A stretch of DNA of 64,000 bases from NCBI GenBank assembly GCA_050699975.1, contig JBOHGH010000008.1:976-64975 (forward strand), given 5' to 3'. The translations under genes were made by a program, and so were the position numbers. Below, piece after piece: positions 26,547 to 36,330 of the stretch (position 1 is its first letter; each line of letters starts with the position of its first letter). The stretch comes from Pseudonocardiaceae bacterium (lineage in GTDB: Bacteria > Actinomycetota > Actinomycetes > Mycobacteriales > Pseudonocardiaceae). Under the pieces are notes generated by a model that saw only the letters and a list, made by a program, of their open reading frames with translations, was not told where the DNA came from and did no database searches.

Positions 26547-27752
26547 CTAGTCCAGCACGCCCGCGCGTACCGAGAGGTCGTGCAAAACGCTGTTCGGGCG
26601 GCGTGCGCGGGCGAGCATCTCGCGCAACAGGTCACCGACCATCGCGTTGTACCGCATCGCCTCCGGGGCGCAGCGTTCCGCTTCGAGCAGGTGCAGCGTT
26701 GCCTCGGCGTCGCGCTTGCGCTGTGCCTGCGCCCAGGCGAGATCGAGATAGACCTGTGCCCGTCGGCTGCGCAGACCATCCGCCAACCTCATCGGATCGA
26801 CGTCCGCGGCTGCCCGGAGCGCTTCGCCTGGATCGCCCAACTCGGCCGCCACCGTCACCCGGTGGATCCGGACGTTCGTCGGGCCGAACGCGGTCCATGC
26901 GTGGTTGGCGTCCTCGGCGAGCAGCTCAGCAAGACACTCGGCCGCGTCCAGGCGTGCCCAGGCCTCGCCCCGATCGGTGCGACGCGCGGCGGCCACCGCC
27001 GCGATCAACCACAACGCACCGGCAACCGAAGCCAGCTTCGGGGTCTCGGTCGTGGCCGATCCGTGGATCTTCTCGGCCATACGCACCGCGAGCCGCTCCG
27101 CCTCGTCAGTGTGGTCTGCCCGCAACTGAGCGCACACCACCTGGTACGCAGCCATCCCCCGGGCGCCGAGCGAGTCGGCCTCAACCGCGATCGTCGCTGC
27201 CCGGTCCGCCGCGAGCACGGCAAGATCGGTCACGCCGAACTTGGTCAGCAGCTTCGCGGCACCAACGTAGGCAAATACGTAGGTGCACAGCATCACGCCC
27301 CGCTCGTCGGCGGCGATCCGTGGTACCCCGTCGATCAGTGTGATGAGATCCGGGAGCTGACGGACGACCGTCTCATACCGTGCGGCCTGGTAATCCTGGT
27401 GCAGCGTCGCGACCTGGCCGCGCAATTCGGGCAATGGCGACATGATAGGAGCGTCCGCGCCGAGCAGGTGGTCATACCGGGTCATGACCTGCCGGACCGC
27501 GTCCAGGCCCTGGGCAACCCCGCCACCATTCGGGGGCAGCTGCCAAGGCCGGCCGATCAGCGACTCCACATCGACGTGCAGGATGCGCGCCATGTCAAGC
27601 AGCACGGACAGGCGATCCATCGAGCGGATCCCGCGCTCGACCTGAGACAGCCACGACTCCGACCTGCCGACCAGACCGGCCAGTGCCGCCTGACTCAGCC
27701 CACGTCGACGCCGATACACCGCGACACGCTCGCCAATTCCCGCCCAAGGCAC
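26547..27752 (-). CDS. XRE-family HTH regulator with a long helical (TPR-like) C-terminal domain
   Basis: 401 aa. HTH: RRRRGLSQAALAGLVGRSESWLSQVERGIRSMDRLSVLLDMARIL. Confidence 0.8.
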   Translation of the reverse strand: MPWAGIGERVAVYRRRRGLSQAALAGLVGRSESWLSQVERGIRSMDRLSVLLDMARILHVDVESLIGRPWQLPPNGGGVAQGLDAVRQVMTRYDHLLGADAPIMSPLPELRGQVATLHQDYQAARYETVVRQLPDLITLIDGVPRIAADERGVMLCTYVFAYVGAAKLLTKFGVTDLAVLAADRAATIAVEADSLGARGMAAYQVVCAQLRADHTDEAERLAVRMAEKIHGSATTETPKLASVAGALWLIAAVAAARRTDRGEAWARLDAAECLAELLAEDANHAWTAFGPTNVRIHRVTVAAELGDPGEALRAAADVDPMRLADGLRSRRAQVYLDLAWAQAQRKRDAEATLHLLEAERCAPEAMRYNAMVGDLLREMLARARRPNSVLHDLSVRAGVLD

Positions 27753-27878
27753 GCGGCAAGTGTCACATTTCCCTGTGGCGGCCCACCACGACGTCTGTCA
27801 GAGTGTCCGCTCTCCTCGGGACTAGTCCACGCGAAGAGAGTGATCATGCCGATCACCATCGTGCCTGGTCAGGGGCGG

Positions 27879-27963
27879 CGGAAGCGGAGGGATTCGAACC
27901 CCCGGGTGGTTGCCCACCTCTCGCTTTCAAGGCGAGTGCATTAGACCGCTCTGCCACGCTTCC
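27879..27963 (-). tRNA. tRNA-Ser (anticodon UGA)
   Basis: Sense strand: GGAAGCGTGGCAGAGCGGTCTAATGCACTCGCCTTGAAAGCGAGAGGTGGGCAACCACCCGGGGGTTCGAATCCCTCCGCTTCCG. It has a 7-bp acceptor stem, anticodon stem CTCGC/GCGAG with loop CTTGAAA, a long variable arm and a TTCGAAT T-loop. CCA is not encoded. Confidence 0.9.
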
Positions 27964-27998
27964 GATCGTGCACGCTAGCGGGTGGTCGGCCAGACCAC

Positions 27999-29024
27999 TC
28001 ACGAGGCTTGGAGCTCCATGCGCTGTTCCTGCACGTCCGCCAGCTCGCTGTGCGGCACAGCCCCGCGCCATACCCGGTAGTCGACCTCCGCGAGGCCGAA
28101 CTCGGCTGCCCGCGAACCATTCTCCCCGATGTAGTGGATCACGGCGTACTCCGGACCGGACTCCAGCAGCTCCACCGGCAAACCTCTCCACCCGCCACGC
28201 CAGCGGACCAGGTCCAGGGAGTCGAGCTCGCTGATCATCACCGACAGGGTGCAGGCGCCGGCCTGCTCGGTGAACTCCTTCGGCGGACGCTTGCCGGGCA
28301 GCGGGTGCAGGGTCACCTCGCCAGGGCGAGGGCCGAAGTCGGCGTCGAAGTCCCCACCGCGGTAGTGCACGACCAGGCCGCGGCGCACAGTGGGCCGCAA
28401 CGGTACCGGCGGCCGGTTCCAACCCCCCGGCCCCAGCAGCGGTCGCGCGGTACTCACCCAACCGACCTGCCGGTTGAGGTACGCGCCCACCCGCTGCTCA
28501 TCACCATGGGCGTCGATCCGCCACAACTCAGTGCCGGCGGGAAGTTCGAGCAGATCGACCTGATAGACGCTGCGCTCGAAGGGAGCGATGTAGAGCTGCG
28601 GGCTGTGCGCGTAAAAGCGCAGCACGTACAGCTCGTCGGTGACCGGCCAGCCAGCCACCTGGTCCAGCCCGTAGCGCCGGGCCAGCTCGGCCGATGAGCT
28701 GGCCGGAACGTCCTCCAGCCGGGTCACGAAACCGGCGATCCGGTGTGGATTGAACCGGTCCGGCACCACCACGTTGCCCAGGGTCAGCTCTACCAGCCCG
28801 GGCAGCACGACCTTCTGCATCGGGGTGTCGGGCTTGAGCTCAGGAACCTGGCCAGGCACCCTCAGCCGGGGCGGCGGGGGAGCAAGGCGTTCCTCGGGCA
28901 GCACGCTGTCCGGGCCACGCACCGGGCCCTCCACCGTCCCCTCCACTGGGCCATCAACTGGGGCGTCTACTGGGCCGCTGCCGGCCCCCAACTCGTTGGC
29001 TGCCACTCGTGCCGGATCTGTCAT
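27999..29024 (-). CDS. Hypothetical protein
   Basis: 341 aa from ATG 29024 (ORF open to 29315). The N-terminus is low complexity (GPVDAPVDGPVEGTVEGPVRGP), followed by a globular-looking region. No family recognised. Confidence 0.5.
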   Translation of the reverse strand: MTDPARVAANELGAGSGPVDAPVDGPVEGTVEGPVRGPDSVLPEERLAPPPPRLRVPGQVPELKPDTPMQKVVLPGLVELTLGNVVVPDRFNPHRIAGFVTRLEDVPASSSAELARRYGLDQVAGWPVTDELYVLRFYAHSPQLYIAPFERSVYQVDLLELPAGTELWRIDAHGDEQRVGAYLNRQVGWVSTARPLLGPGGWNRPPVPLRPTVRRGLVVHYRGGDFDADFGPRPGEVTLHPLPGKRPPKEFTEQAGACTLSVMISELDSLDLVRWRGGWRGLPVELLESGPEYAVIHYIGENGSRAAEFGLAEVDYRVWRGAVPHSELADVQEQRMELQAS

Positions 29025-29128
29025 GAACTCCACCACTCGATGCCGTGAGGCCCGCGCGCACCCCGCCCGGGTTGGTTGGGGGAACCTACTACGCCATTCG
29101 GGGGCAGGCCGACCGGGAGGGGGTGGGG

Positions 29129-29599
29129 TCACCGCCTTCGCAGGTGGGTGACGACCCGCTCGAATATCTCGGCCAGCACGGCTCGTTCGTCGTCGGAGAG
29201 CAGATCGACCAGGTTGTCGCGGACCCCCCGGACGTGAGTGGGAGCCGCGTCGCGCAACACCTGCAGACCGTGACTGGTGAGCGCAGCGACCACCCCGCGC
29301 CCGTCGCTCGGGCACTCCTGGCGGCGCACCAGCCCGGCCTTCTCCATCCGTCCGATCTGATGGGAGATCCGGCTCTTGGACGACGCGACCTGCTCGGCCA
29401 GGGTGCTCATCCGGGCCTGCTGGCAGGGAGCCTCGGAGAGCCGAACCAGCAGCTCGTAGTCGGCCAGCGCGAGCTGGTGCTCCTCCTGCAGGTCACGATT
29501 CAGCCGGGAATCGAGCAGCGCCTTACCTACCACGTAGGCCCGCCACGCGTGCATCTCACCGTCATTGAGCCACCGCGGCTGGTCAGTCCCCCTGCTCAC
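29129..29599 (-). CDS. MarR family transcriptional regulator
   Basis: 156 aa, winged-helix region MSTLAEQVASSKSRISHQIGRMEKAGLVRR. Confidence 0.85.
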   Translation of the reverse strand: MSRGTDQPRWLNDGEMHAWRAYVVGKALLDSRLNRDLQEEHQLALADYELLVRLSEAPCQQARMSTLAEQVASSKSRISHQIGRMEKAGLVRRQECPSDGRGVVAALTSHGLQVLRDAAPTHVRGVRDNLVDLLSDDERAVLAEIFERVVTHLRRR

Positions 29600-29625
29600 C
29601 CGTGCAGGTTAACCGACCACACCGG

Positions 29626-30798
29626 TCAACCGTCCCTGACGACGGCGTGCGCGTTCAGTTCCGCCGGGCGGGCGTAGCCGGCCAGCGCCAGAGCGAGGTC
29701 GAGATCAGCGAGGACCGCGCGCAGCACGTGCGCCACCCCGCGCTGCCCGGCCAGCCCCAACCCGTAGACCCACGGCCGTCCGAGCAGCACGGCGTGGGCG
29801 CCGAGCGCCAGCGCGATCAGGACGTCAGCGCCGCACCGGATCCCGGAATCCAGCAGCACCGGGGCACGCCCACCGACTGCGGCTGCCACGCCGGGCAGGC
29901 AGTCCAGCGCCGCCCGGGCCCCGTCGACCTGACGGCCGCCGTGGTTGGACACCACCACCCCGTCGACGCCGTGGTCCAGCGCAGCCCGGGCGTCATCGGG
30001 GTGGCAGATCCCCTTGATCAGGACCGGCAACCGGGTCCACTGCCGCAGCAGCGACAGATCCGACCAGCTCAGCGCGGGATTGCCGAACAGCTCCACCCAG
30101 CTGCGCACGGCCGCCTGCATGGCCTGCGCCGACTCCTCGGGCGGCGCATCCAGCCGGGAACGGAACACCGGATCGGACAGATAGTTGGCGATGCCCTCGG
30201 CACGAAGGAACGGCAGGTTCGCCAGCTCCAGGTCGCGCGGTCGCCAGCCCAGCGCCCAGGTGTCCACGGTGGCCACGATGGCCCGGTATCCGGCCGCCTC
30301 CGCCCGGCCGACCAGCGACTCGGCCAGTTCGTGGTCCCGTGGCCAGTACAGCTGATACCAGCGGTGGGCGTCCGGGGCGGCAGCGGCGACGTCCTCCAGG
30401 GTGGTCGAGGATACGGTGGACAGCACACTGGTCAGGCCCAGTGCGGCGGCGGCCCGGGTGACGGCGAGGTCAGCGTCGGGGTGCACCAGGCCAAGCGCGC
30501 CAACCGGCGCGGTGAGCACCGGGGCCGGCATCGGCGTGCCCAGCACGGTGGTGGACAGATCCCGCTCGGTGATGCCGCGCAACATTCGTGGCACGATCCG
30601 CCAGCGGGCGAACGCCTCGCGGTTCGCGGTGACGGTCCGCTCGGTGGACGCCCCGCCGGCCACGTAGCTGAACGCCTCAGCCGGCAGCACGCCCCGCGCC
30701 GCGGCCTCCAGGCCGTCGGCGGTCATCGGCAGGTCCGGCCGCTCCCCGGCCAGACCCCGCAGGTAGATCTCCCGCGCAAGGTCACCGAAATGAGCCAT
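29626..30798 (-). CDS. FMN-dependent alpha-hydroxy acid oxidase/dehydrogenase (LldD / lactate 2-monooxygenase family)
   Basis: 390 aa: SNHGGRQVDG, LDSGIRCGADVLIALALGA. Confidence 0.85.
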   Translation of the reverse strand: MAHFGDLAREIYLRGLAGERPDLPMTADGLEAAARGVLPAEAFSYVAGGASTERTVTANREAFARWRIVPRMLRGITERDLSTTVLGTPMPAPVLTAPVGALGLVHPDADLAVTRAAAALGLTSVLSTVSSTTLEDVAAAAPDAHRWYQLYWPRDHELAESLVGRAEAAGYRAIVATVDTWALGWRPRDLELANLPFLRAEGIANYLSDPVFRSRLDAPPEESAQAMQAAVRSWVELFGNPALSWSDLSLLRQWTRLPVLIKGICHPDDARAALDHGVDGVVVSNHGGRQVDGARAALDCLPGVAAAVGGRAPVLLDSGIRCGADVLIALALGAHAVLLGRPWVYGLGLAGQRGVAHVLRAVLADLDLALALAGYARPAELNAHAVVRDG

Positions 30799-30807
30799 GC
30801 CGGCACC

Positions 30808-31455
30808 CTAAACGGCGCCCAGCAGCTTGCGGCAGCCGTCCAGCCCTTCCACTTCGAGTGTCCACTCCGGACGGACGAAGTGCGCCGGCTCGAGTACCAG
30901 CCGGATCTCGGTGGCCGCCGTGCCTCGCCTGGCGTAGGTGTTCGCGCCGTCGCGGCGGTAACCCAGCTTCTCGCTGAGGCGCAGCGATGCCGGGTTGTCG
31001 GCGAAGGCCCCAGAGCGCGCGATGGTGGCACCGAGGTGGTCAAAGGCCAGTAGCAGCACCGCGGCGCGCATCTCGGTGCCGAACCCGCGTCGCTGATACG
31101 CGGCGCCCAGCCAGGAGCCGGTCGAGACCTCCCCGGTGATCGCGAAGTCCTTCGCCAACAGGCCCTGGGTGCCGATGACCCGGTTGTCGCGCCGGACCAG
31201 GAAATTGATGCGCCAGTCCGACGGGGTCAGTCGCGAGCGCGCCCCCCAGTGGTACTGCACGACGCTGCGCACCAGATCGTCGGGAGCTTGGTCCGTCCAG
31301 GGGGACAGGAAGGGCATCTCCTCCGGCGGATGAACGCCGCGCAGCGCCAGCGCCGCCAGTTTGTACAAGCCCGAGTCGTCGTCCGGGCGCAGCGTCAGAA
31401 GCGGGGTGCGCAGCACCAGATGCCGTAACGGCCAGGGGTCGGGCATACCGCACAC
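30808..31455 (-). CDS. GNAT family N-acetyltransferase (RimJ/RimL-like)
   Basis: 215 aa: YQRRGFGTEMRAAVLLLAFDHLG. Confidence 0.75.
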   Translation of the reverse strand: MCGMPDPWPLRHLVLRTPLLTLRPDDDSGLYKLAALALRGVHPPEEMPFLSPWTDQAPDDLVRSVVQYHWGARSRLTPSDWRINFLVRRDNRVIGTQGLLAKDFAITGEVSTGSWLGAAYQRRGFGTEMRAAVLLLAFDHLGATIARSGAFADNPASLRLSEKLGYRRDGANTYARRGTAATEIRLVLEPAHFVRPEWTLEVEGLDGCRKLLGAV

Positions 31456-31487
31456 GGTGCCACGGGCACCGACTACCGTCGGGCACC

Positions 31488-32462
31488 GTGCGCGCCATCA
31501 CGATCACCGAGTACGGCGGCCCGGAAGGGCTGCAGATCACCGAGCAGCCCGATCCTCGGCCGGGTCCTGGCGAAATACTGATCGACGTCGCAGCGACCGC
31601 GGTCAACCGGGCCGACCTGATGCAGCGGCAGGGCCGGTATCCCCCGCCGCCCGGGGCCAGCGAGATTCTCGGGCTGGAGTGCGCCGGAACAGTGGCCGAG
31701 CTCGGCGAGGGTGCGTCCGGGTTCGCGGTCGGTGACGAGGTGTGTGCGTTGCTGGCCGGCGGCGGCTACGCCGAACAGGTCACCGCGCCCGCTGGACAGG
31801 TGATGCCGGTGCCACCTGGGGTGGATGTGGTCACCGCGGGCGGCGTGCCTGAGGTGGCCTGCACGGTGTGGTCGACGGTGGTGATGCACGCCGGGCTCGC
31901 CGCCGGGGAGCTGCTGCTGGTGCACGGCGGGTCGGGGGGCATCGGCACCCACGCCATCCAGGTCGGCAGGGCGCTGGGCGCGCAGGTCGCGACCACGGCA
32001 GCGGCGGCTCGGCTGCCTCGCTGCGCCGAGCTGGGCGCGCAGATCCTGATCGACTACCGCGAGCAGGACTTCGCCGAACTGCTCAAGGCCCGCGCCGACG
32101 TCATCCTCGACAACATGGGCGCCCGGTACCTCGCACGCAATCTCGCAACACTTGCCCCGGACGGTCGGCTAGTGGTGATCGGCTTTCAAGGCGGCACCAC
32201 CACCGAGCTGGATCTCAGGGCCCTGCTGCCCAAGCGGACCAGTGTCGCGGCCATCGGGTTGCGCGGGCGACCCGTGGACGGCCCGCACGGAAAGGCCGCC
32301 ATCTGCGCCGACGTCGGCGCCCGGCTGTGGCCGATGTTCGGCGACGCCCGGGTCAAGCCCGTCGTGCACGCGACTCTCCCGCTCGCGCAGGCTGCCGAGG
32401 CACACCGACTACTGGAGGCTGGCGGTGCCGTCGGCAAGGTCCTGCTGACCACCCGCAGCTGA
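31488..32462 (+). CDS. NAD(P)H:quinone oxidoreductase, zinc-type medium-chain dehydrogenase family
   Basis: 324 aa: NRADLMQRQGRYPPPPGASEILGLECAG, VHGGSGGIGTHAIQ. Confidence 0.85.
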   Translation: MRAITITEYGGPEGLQITEQPDPRPGPGEILIDVAATAVNRADLMQRQGRYPPPPGASEILGLECAGTVAELGEGASGFAVGDEVCALLAGGGYAEQVTAPAGQVMPVPPGVDVVTAGGVPEVACTVWSTVVMHAGLAAGELLLVHGGSGGIGTHAIQVGRALGAQVATTAAAARLPRCAELGAQILIDYREQDFAELLKARADVILDNMGARYLARNLATLAPDGRLVVIGFQGGTTTELDLRALLPKRTSVAAIGLRGRPVDGPHGKAAICADVGARLWPMFGDARVKPVVHATLPLAQAAEAHRLLEAGGAVGKVLLTTRS

Positions 32463-32586
32463 GCAGTCCTATCTGGACACCAGACCGGGCTTCGTCTGGC
32501 ACCAGACCGGGTCTATCTGGGCACAGGAGCACGACATACCGGGCACCGGAGCACGACACGCGGGGGGGTTGGGGGAGGATGGGGTT

Positions 32587-33117
32587 ATGAGTGAACCGGA
32601 TGCGCAGCGGGTGATTGTGGTCGGGCCGGACGGCAAGGCGGTAGCCGGTACCTTCGACGAACAGGGTGGCGGGGACGTCTCCGACATGGTCGAGCAGCCC
32701 GCCAAGGTGATGCGGATCGGCAGCATGATCAAGCAATTGCTGGAAGAGGTACGCGCCGCGCCGCTGGACGATGCCAGCCGCAACCGGCTGCGGGAGATCC
32801 ACGCCTCCTCGATCCGCGAGCTGGAGATGGGCCTGGCCCCGGAGCTGCGCGACGAGCTGGAGCGGCTCTCGCTGCCGTTCAGCGAGGACTCCACCCCCAG
32901 CGACGCCGAACTACGGATCGCGCAGGCCCAGCTGGTCGGCTGGCTGGAGGGCCTGTTCCACGGCATCCAGACCACCCTGTTCGCCCAGCAGATGGCCGCC
33001 CGGGTGCAGCTGGAGCAGATGCGCCGCGGCCTACCCGCCGGCACGATCCCCCCCGGGATGCAGCCCAGCGGGCAGCCCGCAGAGCCCGGAACCCGAGGCA
33101 CCGGCCAGTACCTCTAA
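32587..33117 (+). CDS. bpa: Bacterial proteasome activator Bpa (PafE)
   Basis: C-terminal GQYL motif. The conserved core is VEQPAKVMRIGSMIKQLLEEVR...AELRIAQAQLVGWLEGLF. GGAGG lies 9 nt upstream of ATG 32587. ORF open from TTG 32569. Confidence 0.8.
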   Translation: MSEPDAQRVIVVGPDGKAVAGTFDEQGGGDVSDMVEQPAKVMRIGSMIKQLLEEVRAAPLDDASRNRLREIHASSIRELEMGLAPELRDELERLSLPFSEDSTPSDAELRIAQAQLVGWLEGLFHGIQTTLFAQQMAARVQLEQMRRGLPAGTIPPGMQPSGQPAEPGTRGTGQYL

Positions 33118-33219
33118 CCTCGCGTGTCGCGCTCTCGTGCACGGTGTGTCGCGCTCTGGTGCGTGACGCAGGATCTGTTCGCTGTCCTCTAACTGTCCCC
33201 TAGCTGCGCGAGGTGTCTC

Positions 33220-34398
33220 ATGACCAGAGGCTTCCGCCCCGTCAACTGCATCACGCCCCCGCACGTTCTCCAGAAGCTCCTCGAGAGCGAAGATCGGGAC
33301 ATTCGTGAGGCCGCGTTGAGCACTCTGCTGAGCAACGCCCGTTTAGGGGGCGAGCGCACGGTGCGGGCATCGTTTGCGGCTGCCGCCCCCGCCAGCGGGC
33401 GACGCACCATCTTCGATTGCCAGAACCGTACCGTCCTCTCGTCCGCTGTCCTCGCTCGATCAGAGGACGGCCCGGAGTCCGACGACAGTTCCGTCAACCA
33501 GGCATTCGACGGACTCGGGACCACCCGACAGTTCTACAAGGACATCCACGGTCGTGACTCGATCAACGACCGAGGGATGCTCCTGGATGGATACGTGCAT
33601 CGCGGCAGGAACTACAACAACGCGTTTTGGGATGGCCGGGCGATGGTATTCGGCGATGGGGACGGGAGGGTCTTCACTGACTTCACCAGATCCCTCGATG
33701 TGATCGCCCACGAGTTGACGCACGGGGTCACCGAGCACACCGCCGGGCTTGAGTATCACACTCAATCAGGAGCCCTGAACGAGCATATTTCGGACGTTTT
33801 CGGGTCGCTGGTCAAGCAGTGGGCTCGTCAGCAATCTGCCGCGGAAGCGGACTGGCTCATCGGAAGCGAGATATTCACCCCGGAAATCGAGGCGGACTCC
33901 CTGCGATCGTTGAAGGCTCCGGGGGAGGCGTACGACAACAGCATCTTCGGCAAGGACCCGCAACCTGACCACATGAGTAAGTTCGTCCACTTGCCGGACA
34001 CCGAAGAAGGGGACCACGGCGGTGTGCACATCAATTCCGGTATCCCCAATAAGGCGTTCTATCTGGCTGCGGTGAACATCGGGGGCTTCGCCTGGGAGGC
34101 TCCCGGGCGCATCTGGTACGAGACCCTGAAGGCATCCAGCCCGAGAACTCAGTTCCAGGAATTCGCGGACACCACCTACGTCAAGGCCGAGGAATTGTAC
34201 GGTGCAGGTAGCGCTGAGCAGCAGGCAGTGCTCGCCGCCTGGCGGGAGGTCGGCATTCGGATCAGCGGCATACCAGCCGCCGCGGACGCTGGGGTGGGCG
34301 GGACCAGTCTGGCGGCGCTGACCAGGCAGATCGATACCTCGTCCACCCAGGTGAAGGCGCGGGCCAAAGACGTTCGGGTCAGCACAGCAGGGAAGTGA
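33220..34398 (+). CDS. M4 (thermolysin-family) zinc metalloprotease, protealysin-like, no signal peptide
   Basis: HELTHGV (HExxH) and GALNEHISDVFG (third zinc ligand Glu). The N-terminal propeptide-like region has no hydrophobic leader. Confidence 0.85.
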   Translation: MTRGFRPVNCITPPHVLQKLLESEDRDIREAALSTLLSNARLGGERTVRASFAAAAPASGRRTIFDCQNRTVLSSAVLARSEDGPESDDSSVNQAFDGLGTTRQFYKDIHGRDSINDRGMLLDGYVHRGRNYNNAFWDGRAMVFGDGDGRVFTDFTRSLDVIAHELTHGVTEHTAGLEYHTQSGALNEHISDVFGSLVKQWARQQSAAEADWLIGSEIFTPEIEADSLRSLKAPGEAYDNSIFGKDPQPDHMSKFVHLPDTEEGDHGGVHINSGIPNKAFYLAAVNIGGFAWEAPGRIWYETLKASSPRTQFQEFADTTYVKAEELYGAGSAEQQAVLAAWREVGIRISGIPAAADAGVGGTSLAALTRQIDTSSTQVKARAKDVRVSTAGK

Positions 34399-34463
34399 GT
34401 ACCCTTTGGGTATCGCGAGATGTCCTCGGGGAGAGGGTCTCGGATCAGCCGGACGGTCGTGGG

Positions 34464-34772
34464 ATGAGGGTAACTCTGGCAACGCATGGCGGTCTGGCGG
34501 CTGCGATCAACCTCCGCCGCCCGCCGCGGGTGGTCGATGCTGACACCCTGACCGAGCCGGACGCGAAGGAGTTGACGCAGCTTGTTGCGGCAGCCTTAGC
34601 TGCCGCAACACCCGCAGAACCCACCGAAGCGGGACCCGGACGCGCCCGGGACGAAATGAGTTACACGATCACCGTGGAGGACGGCGGCCATCACGTTGTT
34701 CTCACCGAATCGGACACCACGATGTCACCGGAGTTCGGCGCCCTGCTGAGCTGGCTCGAAGAACGTTCGTGA
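34464..34772 (+). CDS. Emfourin-like protealysin inhibitor (M4in family), tentative
   Basis: About 102 aa, immediately downstream of the M4 protease. Position and size match the protealysin-emfourin operon. An alternative GTG start at 34395 overlaps the protease stop. Confidence 0.55.
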   Translation: MRVTLATHGGLAAAINLRRPPRVVDADTLTEPDAKELTQLVAAALAAATPAEPTEAGPGRARDEMSYTITVEDGGHHVVLTESDTTMSPEFGALLSWLEERS

Positions 34773-34854
34773 CACACATGACAGACCGCGTTTCGTGATC
34801 GATTCGCAACCCGGACGGGTTCAGGCTGCGACCGGAGGCTGACAGAGTCACTGC

Positions 34855-36135
34855 GTGGCAGTGTCGGCGGTCGCATCGGGCACCGATCCTGGGCTCCGTC
34901 GCTACCTCGCCGCCCGAGTGATCTCGATGGCCGGGACGTTGATCACTGCCGTGGTGTTGCCGGTGCTGGTGTACCGGCTGACCGGTTCGGCGGGGTGGAC
35001 CGCGGCGGTGGTCGCCGCCGAAGCGCTGCCGCATCTGTTGCTCGCCCCGTTCGCCGCGCCGATCGTGGCCCGGCGTGACGTCCGAAACGTGCTGTTGACC
35101 GCAGACCTGGCCGGCGCAGCGCTGTTGGCGAGCATCCCGCTGGCCTGGGGGTTCGGCGGGCTGTCCGGGTGGCAGGTGCTCGCGGTGGCCGGCGCCTTAC
35201 AGGCCGTGTTCGTGCTGCGCGAGGCCGCGCACGACGGTGCGTTCCCGGTACCGGTCGACACCGCCGCCGGGCGCGGGGCGTCCGGCTTGGTCGAGCTCAT
35301 GGTGCCGCCGCTGGCCGGGCTGGCGGTCGCGATCGTCGCGCCTGCTCCATTGCTCATCCTGGACGCGGTGAGTTTCCTGGCCTCCGCGCTGCTGGTCCGG
35401 GCGGCGGTTCGCACCTGGTGTGACCGTGCGGAATCCAACCCGGCCGAACCGACCTCGCTGCCCCGCCACCGGATGCGCTCCGGGCTGCGGTTCTTGCGCG
35501 GCAATCCCGGGTCGCGAACGTGGGCGTTGGCCGGGACCCTGCACGCCGCGGCGGCCGGCGCCTACCTGGCGATGCTGCTGCCGTGGGCCGACCGGCACCT
35601 CGGCGTGCCGCCCTCGGGTGACGCGCGGCTGGCTTTGCTGATCAGTTGCTGGGGCCTCGGCGCGATGATCGCCTGCGCGCTGTACCCGGCGCTGACCCGG
35701 CGGGCCGGTTCGGTCCGGCTGGCCAGGGAGGGGCTGCTGGTGGCCCTGGCCAGCGGGCTCGCCGTGCTGGCGTCCACTCATTGGCTGCCCGCGGTCTTGG
35801 CCGGGCTACTGTGGGGCGCTGCGCACACAGTGGCGAGCAAGGCCGCCATGAACGCGGTGGGGACGCCGGGCCGAGCCGTCGCCCGGCTGCTCTGGCGGGG
35901 GGCGGGGCCCCTGACGGGCGCGGCGCTGGCCGGGGGCGTCGCGGTGCTCGGCACGCCTCGCGCCGGGCTGGCCGTCGGCGTCGGCGTGCTCGCCCTCGCC
36001 GAGCTCACCGCCCGGCGGGTCACCGCGCCGACACCGAGCGATCCGGTGCCCACCCAGACCGGCCCCCACGCCGAGCAAAGGACCGACGCAACAAGAGATC
36101 GTGCCACCCAAACGTACCCGATCGCCCCGGTCTAA
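34855..36135 (+). CDS. MFS transporter
   Basis: 426 aa, about 12 hydrophobic segments, EntS/DUF894-like N-terminus (LRRYLAARVISMAGTLITAVVLPVLVY). Confidence 0.75.
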   Translation: MAVSAVASGTDPGLRRYLAARVISMAGTLITAVVLPVLVYRLTGSAGWTAAVVAAEALPHLLLAPFAAPIVARRDVRNVLLTADLAGAALLASIPLAWGFGGLSGWQVLAVAGALQAVFVLREAAHDGAFPVPVDTAAGRGASGLVELMVPPLAGLAVAIVAPAPLLILDAVSFLASALLVRAAVRTWCDRAESNPAEPTSLPRHRMRSGLRFLRGNPGSRTWALAGTLHAAAAGAYLAMLLPWADRHLGVPPSGDARLALLISCWGLGAMIACALYPALTRRAGSVRLAREGLLVALASGLAVLASTHWLPAVLAGLLWGAAHTVASKAAMNAVGTPGRAVARLLWRGAGPLTGAALAGGVAVLGTPRAGLAVGVGVLALAELTARRVTAPTPSDPVPTQTGPHAEQRTDATRDRATQTYPIAPV

Positions 36136-36330
36136 CTCCCGCGCGCCGGGTCCTCGCTCGCAGCGTTTGCGCGCGTCGTGAGCTCGACACCACCGACGTT
36201 TGCCAGCGCAGAGCGGTGGTGACGTCGAGTTCACGACGCACCAGCCCACGGTTAGCTATGGCCGGCGAGGGCATCATCTGCCGCCCCGCAGGCCGAGGGT
36301 CCGGGCACCGCCCGAGTACCCTCGCGGATC

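Noticed and set aside
36200-36330. Possible small ORFs upstream of the ABC-2 permease (36200..36415 and others).
   Set aside because: They overlap the permease start region in other frames and give Arg/Pro-rich translations.
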